24,000 nucleotides of DNA from the NCBI GenBank assembly GCA_033580815.1, contig JAVQUC010000010.1, positions 1-24,000 of the forward strand, read 5' to 3'. The notes below the pieces were generated by a model that saw only the letters and a list, made by a program, of their open reading frames with translations, was not told the DNA's origin and searched no databases. Shown here piece after piece: positions 17,614-24,000 of this stretch (position 1 is the stretch's first letter; each line of letters opens with the position of its first letter). The stretch comes from Candidatus Caldarchaeum sp. GTDB lineage: Archaea; Thermoproteota; Nitrososphaeria_A; Caldarchaeales; Caldarchaeaceae. Position numbers and translations under genes: made by a program.

Positions 17614-18174
17614 ATGGGGTTGGAAACAGATGCCTGGCGGGGGTTGGCTGTCGGCTCCCGGTTTAGGAGGTTGATCCAAAACCCCTACAAGATTTTACGT
17701 GAGGTCGGGCTAGAAAAGTCACATGCGTTTCTTGACGTTGGATGCGGTTCTGGTTTCCTGTCGATACCGGCGTCGACTATAGTGGGTAAAGAGGGAATCG
17801 TCTATGCTGTCGATGTTTCAGAGAAATCCCTAAACGAGCTGAGTTTACACGCCAAAAGATACGGGATAGAAAACATCGAAATCCTCCGTACACCTGCGGA
17901 GAAACTAGAAGGTGTTCCGGATAAATCGATAGATAGGGCAGTCTTCCTGTTTAGCTTGCATCACGTAGAAGACATAAAACAGTCTTTCGAAGCGGTGAGG
18001 GAGAGGTTGAAACAGAACGGCATTCTCCTCGTCTACGACCCGATAAGGTCCCGTTTAATGGGTCATGGAACCTCTCCTGCAAAGGTACTGAAGACGCTGA
18101 ATCAAACAGGCTTCGACGTAGTCAGTTACCGTGAAGGCCTGATTTTCTGGAAAGCACTTGCGAAGCCTGTTTAG
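17614..18174 (+). CDS. Class I SAM-dependent methyltransferase
   Basis: The ORF track starts at 17482, but ATG 17614 (MGLETDAWRGLAVGSRFRRL) is more plausible because it follows a TATA-like ttatatttt. Motif FLDVGCGSGFLSIPA...VYAVDVSEKSL. Confidence 0.85.
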   Translation: MGLETDAWRGLAVGSRFRRLIQNPYKILREVGLEKSHAFLDVGCGSGFLSIPASTIVGKEGIVYAVDVSEKSLNELSLHAKRYGIENIEILRTPAEKLEGVPDKSIDRAVFLFSLHHVEDIKQSFEAVRERLKQNGILLVYDPIRSRLMGHGTSPAKVLKTLNQTGFDVVSYREGLIFWKALAKPV

Positions 18175-19745
18175 GTACAGAAGTTCTTTATCTCGACCTT
18201 CATGTCGGAGAGGTTTACGATGGCGAAGTGACCGACCGCGGGCTCAAGCCCCAGCGCTTTCTGGTAGTCGGTTTGGTCTTGCCATGCTCCGGTGTTGACG
18301 AGCTTGACACCGCGGTATGTTTTGTTCACTAGTACGTGGATGTGTCCGGTTTGGAGAAGGTGCGGTGTCTCCGAGATCACGAGGCTGTCGGTCTTCATGG
18401 GTAGTAGTTGTGTGTTTCCGCCGTAGACGGGCGCGAGATGCCTGTATCTGAGGAGGGATGCGACTACTTCGGCAGCGTTTTCTGGCAAAGTGCTGTATGA
18501 AACGTTCGGCAGCGACTGTATTAATTCGTCAAGGCCTTGACCGTGGTACACCAAGAACCGCCGACCGTCTAACAAGACCATGGCAGGGTTAGAGACGTGG
18601 ATTATGTCTCGTTTGCTGTTCAGGATTCTACGATACCGGTGCTGGATCGGTGGCTGGGGAATTGGTTTCCTCACTGGCTCATGGTTGCCGGGACTGAAAA
18701 CTATCTGTATATGGTCTGGGATTTCGGCGAGAAGCTGTGCAGCCATACTCAACTGGTCCTCGACGTTCTTTATCTCGAGGTCTTTTTCTTGTCCTGGGTA
18801 AACACCGATACCCTCTACCAGGTCTCCGGCAATGATGATACATGATATTTTCTTGACTGTGCCGTCTCGAGACCTGTTGAGCCAGTCCAGGAATTTCTCA
18901 AAAAGGTCTCTGCGGAAATGTTTGCTGCCGACGTGGATGTCGGAAATGAGGCAGACGTATGATTCTGGCGTTTTCGGCTTCTGTATTAATGATGTTTCTT
19001 CGACGTCTGGATAAATCAGCTCGGTCAAAATATTTATTTCGCCCATCTTGCGGACCTTGATCCCCACCACGACGTCGGTCGGCAGCTGAAGAGCCATCGT
19101 GTATAGTTGCTCGTTTTTCTTTGAGGCCAAAACGACTGTTTGCCCGGATGGGTCGTCGACCTCCAGTCTGAGGGAATTTTTCTGCTCCTGTTTATCGAGA
19201 ACCATGACGGCCAAAGATGCTTCAGCACCGTCCTTCACCGCCGCAAGTTCGGAGACGGGAATAAATTCGACGCGTCTTTTGGCTAAAATTTTCCTTATCT
19301 CATGGTATCGGCTCATAAACAGCCTTTGGAACTCTACGAGCTCGCCTTCCACTCTGGATTCTTCCTCGACGGATGAAATTGTTTCGATCTTGGGTGAATG
19401 AGCCGCTGGTTCCTCGGATAATGTCACGGAATTTTCAGGCGTCGGCGTTTCCTCGTCGGTGTAGATTTGTTCGGCTGCGATGAAGGATGTTTCGGGATTC
19501 GTTCTTTTTATCCTCTCGATGGTTTGGACTAGAATCTGATGGGGGTTTTTGCAGGACTCCAACTTTTGCAACGCTTCTTCGGTTAGCTGAAATCCTTCTC
19601 TGACAGCGGTTGAGACGAGCTCCTTGTAAAGTTGCCGGCGGAGCAGCGACAACCCCACCGGTATCAGATAATCCGCTGAATAAATCCGTAAATAGGTATC
19701 CCGCACCGTCTCAGACATGGTTCGAATCGGCGGCGCTGAGGCCAA
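18171..19745 (-). CDS. polB: DNA polymerase D small subunit (DP1)
   Basis: LISDIHVGSKHF, IIAGDLVEGIGVYPGQ, SPGNHEPVRKPIPQPP, and TGHIHVLVNKTYRGVKLVNTGAWQDQT calcineurin-like phosphoesterase motifs of PolD DP1. The start may be 19745 or 19718. Confidence 0.95.
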   Translation of the reverse strand: MASAPPIRTMSETVRDTYLRIYSADYLIPVGLSLLRRQLYKELVSTAVREGFQLTEEALQKLESCKNPHQILVQTIERIKRTNPETSFIAAEQIYTDEETPTPENSVTLSEEPAAHSPKIETISSVEEESRVEGELVEFQRLFMSRYHEIRKILAKRRVEFIPVSELAAVKDGAEASLAVMVLDKQEQKNSLRLEVDDPSGQTVVLASKKNEQLYTMALQLPTDVVVGIKVRKMGEINILTELIYPDVEETSLIQKPKTPESYVCLISDIHVGSKHFRRDLFEKFLDWLNRSRDGTVKKISCIIIAGDLVEGIGVYPGQEKDLEIKNVEDQLSMAAQLLAEIPDHIQIVFSPGNHEPVRKPIPQPPIQHRYRRILNSKRDIIHVSNPAMVLLDGRRFLVYHGQGLDELIQSLPNVSYSTLPENAAEVVASLLRYRHLAPVYGGNTQLLPMKTDSLVISETPHLLQTGHIHVLVNKTYRGVKLVNTGAWQDQTDYQKALGLEPAVGHFAIVNLSDMKVEIKNFCT

Positions 19746-21003
19746 GATTGTTTTCAGGAAAAGGGGTTACACGCCTCATTTCGCTGAATATGTCGAGGAC
19801 CCAGCCTCGGGGGTTCATGTGCTGGTTATGGCCGACCCACACACGAGGAGGTCTGCTCTGATCTTTGACCCAGAATCCGGTAAAATTCTCTGGGAATACC
19901 CAGTTCCCGGAAGAAAGTTGACGGCAAACCCACACATCGCACGTATTCTGACGGAGCCCATGCCCGATTTCAACGCGAAACCGGGTGACGTGGTCTGCGC
20001 GGACCTAGACAACCGCTTCATCGTCGTCGACCGACAGACAAAAACAGTCAAATGGAGTCACGGGCCGAAAGACGCTGTTTGGTCCCACGACTTCCTCCCA
20101 ACCAGAAGCTTTGACGCCGTTTTGACGACCGACTATGGGACCGGGTTGATGAAAAAGCTCGACGGTCGGGGAAACGTTTTGTGGAGCTTGGATTTGGGCA
20201 AGGGTCTGGCGAAGCTTTCCCGTGTGCCGGGAAAAACTCCAAGCGGAATCCACGGAAACAGCTTCGGAGGTCATGTACTCGCAGCCGTCAACCAATCCAT
20301 GCGAGGCGTCTACGAGGTTAACGAAGACGATGGAAAAATTGTTTGGGAATGTCCGCCGCCCGAAGGGAGCAAAAACTGTTTCCTCACACTGAAGCCTCAT
20401 TCGGCAGTTCGTCTTGGATTGGCCGAGCTTGGAGGAAACATCACTGTCTTCAATCACGAAGCCGGTGGCGGGTTCGTCGCCGTCGACAAGGACTGTAGAC
20501 CACGTTGGGGAGTCATGAAGCCTTTCGTCGTCAGCCAAAAATCCGAGCTCTATCGTCCCTCTTCAACTGGGCTCTATGAAACGACACACGTATTCACGAC
20601 GCCGAACGGCGTGGTTGGCATAATCGACTGGGACGGCCCAGACTACTCGACGGTCTACGAGGTTCTTGAGCCTCCGCGGAAAACAGCCCTTTATTGGCTG
20701 CTGGCCTGGAACAGAAACGCGTCATCCAAGGAGGAGTTCATCGACCCACCCGTCGAAACAGGCGAATGGAGAGAAACAATCTTCCAAGCTATCAACCGTG
20801 GTAAAGGCCGTCTCCGAGTCAAGGTCTATGGAACTTGTTCGCCGCTGGTTGACGATTGTGCGGGTTGGTCATTGGTTTCGGCTTTGCGGGTTGAAGCAGG
20901 GGGAGTGGATGATCTTAGGGTTGACGGTTATTCGGCCGTTCGCGTGGCCGTTTCTTCGGAAGGAGACACCAATTATTCAATTTACGTCGTCCACAGGGCT
21001 TAG
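19717..21003 (+). CDS. PQQ/WD-like beta-propeller protein of unknown function
   Basis: 428 aa with repeated blades such as FDPESGKILWEYPVPG, VDRQTKTVKWSHGPKDAVWSHDF and VNEDDGKIVWECPPPEG. No obvious signal peptide. Confidence 0.75.
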   Translation: MVRIGGAEAKIVFRKRGYTPHFAEYVEDPASGVHVLVMADPHTRRSALIFDPESGKILWEYPVPGRKLTANPHIARILTEPMPDFNAKPGDVVCADLDNRFIVVDRQTKTVKWSHGPKDAVWSHDFLPTRSFDAVLTTDYGTGLMKKLDGRGNVLWSLDLGKGLAKLSRVPGKTPSGIHGNSFGGHVLAAVNQSMRGVYEVNEDDGKIVWECPPPEGSKNCFLTLKPHSAVRLGLAELGGNITVFNHEAGGGFVAVDKDCRPRWGVMKPFVVSQKSELYRPSSTGLYETTHVFTTPNGVVGIIDWDGPDYSTVYEVLEPPRKTALYWLLAWNRNASSKEEFIDPPVETGEWRETIFQAINRGKGRLRVKVYGTCSPLVDDCAGWSLVSALRVEAGGVDDLRVDGYSAVRVAVSSEGDTNYSIYVVHRA

Positions 21004-21060
21004 CGCATTTTCGCACCGCTCTCCCAATTTATCATCCACTTCTCCCAACTATCTGTCGGC

Positions 21061-21372
21061 ATGGGAAGAACCGCTCCAACCTACCGCCAGATGCTCGAGG
21101 CGGAGGTGCAGAGCTGGACGGAATTCCGGAAAGCTTTGCTCAAAGACGAGCGGGAAGCCTTCGACAGGCTTGTCAACCAAAGCTTCCGCTATGTCCACGC
21201 CGGAACGATGAACCCCTTCCGAAAACCCTTCGAAAACTTCCTGATGTCAGCCCTCCTTTCACACGAAGAAAGGCTCTGGGTTCTCGAACAATCCCTCAAA
21301 CAATCGATGCGCATAGACGGGCCCGGCAGACTGACTAGAGCAGCAGACCTATCGCAATTCTTCGAAGAATGA
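21061..21372 (+). CDS. Hypothetical protein
   Basis: 103 aa charged, helical-looking ORF; no recognised family. Confidence 0.5.
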   Translation: MGRTAPTYRQMLEAEVQSWTEFRKALLKDEREAFDRLVNQSFRYVHAGTMNPFRKPFENFLMSALLSHEERLWVLEQSLKQSMRIDGPGRLTRAADLSQFFEE

Positions 21373-21410
21373 TTTTTAAACACGCACAAACATCCTTAAC
21401 ATGAACACAA

Positions 21411-21485
21411 GGGCCCGTAGCTCAGCCAGGTTAGAGCGCCAGGCTCATAACCTGGTGGTCGTGGGTTCGAATCCCACCGGGCCCA
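21411..21485 (+). tRNA. tRNA with anticodon CAT (elongator Met or Ile2)
   Basis: GGGCCCG-TA-GCTC-AGCCAGGTTA-GAGC-G-CCAGG-CTCATAA-CCTGG-TGGTC-GTGGG-TTCGAAT-CCCAC-CGGGCCC-A. A TATA-like tttttaaac lies about 30-38 nt upstream. G1:C72 argues against an initiator. Confidence 0.93.
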
Positions 21486-21599
21486 CGACAAACGCCAACC
21501 CGAACCATCTGACACGGAGATGCCACGCTCTCGTCAAATCATTTCACAATACGTTCGAAATATGCGCGTAGTCTGTCTCGTATCGTGCCTTGTAACGTT

Positions 21600-21608
21600 T
21601 ATATAAAA
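21600..21608 (+). promoter_or_regulatory. TATA box, likely for the NnrE-like gene
   Basis: tttatataaaaaa about 25-30 nt upstream of the ORF start at 21631, which implies a leaderless or near-leaderless transcript. Confidence 0.5.
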
Positions 21609-21630
21609 AACGGAACAAAAACAGTTTGGT

Positions 21631-22962
21631 TTGGGTTCAGAGACGGTAACTTCCGATGAGATGGCTGTTCTCGATGAAAATTCAGAGTTTATGGGCGTGA
21701 AACGGCTGATGCTGATGGAGAATGCCGGGGCCGCGGTCGCCCGGGATGTCGCCACTTTTCTTGAACGCGTTGAGAAAAGGAAGGTGTTGGTTTTATGCGG
21801 TCCTGGAAACAATGGGGGAGATGGGTTCGCAGCAGCTCGTCACCTAGCCTGCATGGGCGCGACGGTGAATGTCTTGCTTCTAGCAGACCCCTCCAAAATT
21901 AGAACAGAAGAGGCGCGAACAAACTATGAATCCGTTAAGAACATGAAAACTTCCATCACCCTACATGTTGTCGACAATACCGAGAAACTTCTCAGCTTAA
22001 CGCAGCTGTTCGAGGAGGCTGATGCAATCGTGGACGCGATCTTGGGTACGGGGGCTAGGGGAGCACTGTCGGAGCTTTTCAGAACGGCGGTAACTCTCGC
22101 AAACGACTCGAAGGCTTTCAAGCTCGCCGTCGACATTCCCACCGGCCTCGACCCCGACACCGGAGATGGAGAAATCTTTTTTCAACCGACTCTGGTGGTC
22201 GCTTTACACAAACCTAAACCCGTCCATGAAAAATTCCGCGAAAAAACCGTCGTCGAAAAAATTGGGATGCCCCCAGAAACGGAGCTGTTGGCCGGCCCTG
22301 GTCAGCTGAAGCTACTGCTTAGAAAGACCGGTGCCTCAAAAATTACAGCGGGTCGGCTTGCATACGTCTTCGGAGAATCGGGGCCTGAACAAAGAACGAG
22401 GGATTTTCTCAAATCGCTTAAAGGGTTTACAGCCTTCTGCGACCTAAACATGCTCGTCGAAAGCACGGAACTCCGTTACGCGGTCGCTTCTTCGAAAGCA
22501 GTTCTTCTATCCCAGGATGTCAGCCCGTCGTCAATCAAGCCGTTTCTTCCGAGGAGTCAACCCGTGGTCTTGACAACGCCTTCCGGCTTCTTGCCCAACC
22601 CGATTTACGTTCTTTGGAGCGATAAACCGATGCAGCAGGATTTCGGGTCAAAGCACGCCTCGTATTTGCGGGATGTCGAAGAGCTGTGCAGGAAGCTCGC
22701 CGCGCCGGTGTATGTGGTCAGCGAAGTGGACATCGTGTCAAACGGAGTTAAAGCATGGGCTAACTGGATGGGAAGGCCGGTGAAACAAGCTCATTTCCTA
22801 TACGTACCAGCTCTGGTTGCTTGGTTTGTAGCAGCGGGAGCCGACGTCCTACTCTCGATGGCGTCGACCAGCTACATCCTCCGTTCGGCCGAAAACATTC
22901 AGCTGGAAAACCCGGTAGCGTTGGCGGAGCACGTGACCAAAACTATCGAGCGAATGGCCTAA
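21631..22962 (+). CDS. NAD(P)H-hydrate epimerase domain (NnrE/YjeF_N) with a highly divergent C-terminal region
   Basis: MLMENAGAAVARDV, VLCGPGNNGGDGFAAARHL, DAILGTGARG and AVDIPTGLDPDTG are YjeF_N motifs. The C-terminal half sits where ADP-dependent NnrD normally lies but lacks its motifs. Confidence 0.85.
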   Translation: MGSETVTSDEMAVLDENSEFMGVKRLMLMENAGAAVARDVATFLERVEKRKVLVLCGPGNNGGDGFAAARHLACMGATVNVLLLADPSKIRTEEARTNYESVKNMKTSITLHVVDNTEKLLSLTQLFEEADAIVDAILGTGARGALSELFRTAVTLANDSKAFKLAVDIPTGLDPDTGDGEIFFQPTLVVALHKPKPVHEKFREKTVVEKIGMPPETELLAGPGQLKLLLRKTGASKITAGRLAYVFGESGPEQRTRDFLKSLKGFTAFCDLNMLVESTELRYAVASSKAVLLSQDVSPSSIKPFLPRSQPVVLTTPSGFLPNPIYVLWSDKPMQQDFGSKHASYLRDVEELCRKLAAPVYVVSEVDIVSNGVKAWANWMGRPVKQAHFLYVPALVAWFVAAGADVLLSMASTSYILRSAENIQLENPVALAEHVTKTIERMA

Positions 22963-24000
22963 TGACTGACAGACCTCGCAGATACTGCTGTAAAACCGTT
23001 GGAATTTCAACGGAGCCGTCTCTCCTCTGATAGTTTTCGAGTATTGCGACGATTGTTCTTTCGGTCGCGATAGCCGTACTGTTCAACGTATGAACGAAGT
23101 CAGTCTCTTCGACGTGTGGAGCTTCTCGGTATCTTATCTCGAGCCCGACAGCCTGGTAGTCTGTGCAGTTGCTGCATGAAACCACCTCACGGTATCTCCC
23201 TTGAGCAGGCATCCAAACCTCGAGGTCGTATTTCTTCGCCGCCACCGGCCCCAGTTCCCCCACACAGATGTTAACGACCCTGTATGGTAAACCCAGGTTT
23301 CTGTAAATCTCCTCAGCATTAGAGATCAGAAATTCATGCTCAGCCCAAGACTGAGAAGGCTTGGTGAAACTGAACTGCTCGACCTTCTCAAACTGATGAA
23401 CCCTGAAAATTCCCTTGGTGTCTTTCCCGTGGGCTCCAGCCTCCTTGCGGAAACAGGGGCTGATGCCTGCGTACCGTATCGGAAGAATTCTCCCATCAAG
23501 TATTTCACCTGCGTGAAGGCCAGCGAGCGGATGCTCAGCAGTGCCGATAAGATAGAGATCTTCCCCATCGATTTTGTACAACATGTCTTCAAAATCTTGA
23601 AAGCTAACAACCCCCTCCATTATCCTACGAGTCAGCATGTAAGGAGGTTGTACAAGCCTAAACCCTTTGCTCCTGAGGAATTCTAGACCGTAAATCGCTA
23701 GGGCCCAATTGAGCAGCACGAGGTCGTCAAAAAGGTAATAGAACCTGGCACCCGCAACAGATGCCGCTGTTTCTAGGTCGGCTACTCCTAGGGTTTCAAG
23801 AAGGGTGACGTGGTCCTTCATCCAGTCTTCTCTCTTCGGCTCACCCCATTCACGGATAACTATGTTGTCATCCTCCGATTCCCCGTCAGGAACAGATTCG
23901 TGCGGCGGGTTTGGAGTCCGCACCAAAAGGTCGTGAAGTTTCGCATCTACCTCTGATAGCTTCTGCTCTTTTTCTTCGATTTTTTGGTTAACTTCGGTCA
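22943..24000 (-). CDS. serS: Seryl-tRNA synthetase, truncated at the window edge
   Basis: The track starts at the GTG at 23926, but the frame stays open to 24000 (TEVNQKIEEKEQKLSEVDAKLHDLLVRTPNPPHESVPDG), the N-terminal coiled coil. Class II motifs include GISPCFRKEAGAHGKDTKGIFRVHQFEKVEQF. Confidence 0.96.
   Translation of the reverse strand, partial: TEVNQKIEEKEQKLSEVDAKLHDLLVRTPNPPHESVPDGESEDDNIVIREWGEPKREDWMKDHVTLLETLGVADLETAASVAGARFYYLFDDLVLLNWALAIYGLEFLRSKGFRLVQPPYMLTRRIMEGVVSFQDFEDMLYKIDGEDLYLIGTAEHPLAGLHAGEILDGRILPIRYAGISPCFRKEAGAHGKDTKGIFRVHQFEKVEQFSFTKPSQSWAEHEFLISNAEEIYRNLGLPYRVVNICVGELGPVAAKKYDLEVWMPAQGRYREVVSCSNCTDYQAVGLEIRYREAPHVEETDFVHTLNSTAIATERTIVAILENYQRRDGSVEIPTVLQQYLRGLSVIRPFAR

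Noticed and set aside
20005-20538. 177-aa minus-strand ORF opposite the beta-propeller gene
   Set aside because: Antisense to a gene with clear repeated protein motifs; no recognisable domain. Typical shadow ORF in GC-rich DNA.
20666-21211. 181-aa plus-strand ORF overlapping two better candidates
   Set aside because: Overlaps the propeller 3' end and the 103-aa ORF in another frame; low-complexity Ser/Arg/Thr-rich sequence, no domain.
1-24000. CRISPR arrays, transposons, integrated viruses, toxin-antitoxin or other defence modules
   Set aside because: No regular direct repeats, Cas, transposase, integrase or toxin-like ORFs were recognisable. The intact tRNA genes have no partial 3' duplications visible nearby.

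Overview
This window looks like an ordinary, gene-dense archaeal chromosome segment. The likely source is the Aigarchaeota/Thaumarchaeota region of the tree, inferred from a PolD small subunit, an ESCRT-III/CdvB-like protein and a non-canonically interrupted tRNA. I see no CRISPR array, transposon, provirus or defence island. From left to right it contains: the truncated N-terminus of a sulfhydrogenase/anaerobic-sulfite-reductase-type Fe-S subunit; an Mrp/MinD-type ATPase (candidate atypical HypB) and hypA; tRNA-Arg(GCG); a membrane protein; a CdvB-like protein; leuS; a DsrE-like protein; a radical SAM protein; tRNA-Arg(TCT) with an apparent T-arm intron; a UPF0216 protein; a small membrane protein; ridA; a LutB-LutA-like fusion with a LutC-like protein; a Trm112-like protein; a family-2 glycosyltransferase; tRNA-His; a divergent KsgA/Dim1-like methyltransferase; a macro-domain protein; a zinc-ribbon membrane protein, a Rieske protein and a 47-aa YHS protein in one run; a thioredoxin reductase; a second Rieske protein; a methyltransferase; the PolD small subunit; a beta-propeller protein; a small hypothetical; tRNA(CAT); a two-domain NnrE protein with an unusual C-terminal half; and truncated serS. 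The best second-look items are the 32-nt non-canonical intron in tRNA-Arg(TCT), the HypA/Mrp-type ATPase pair, the unannotated YHS gene next to the Rieske gene, the NnrE C-terminal domain, and the KsgA-like protein with NPPF in place of NLPY. I found no convincing wholly new multi-gene system.
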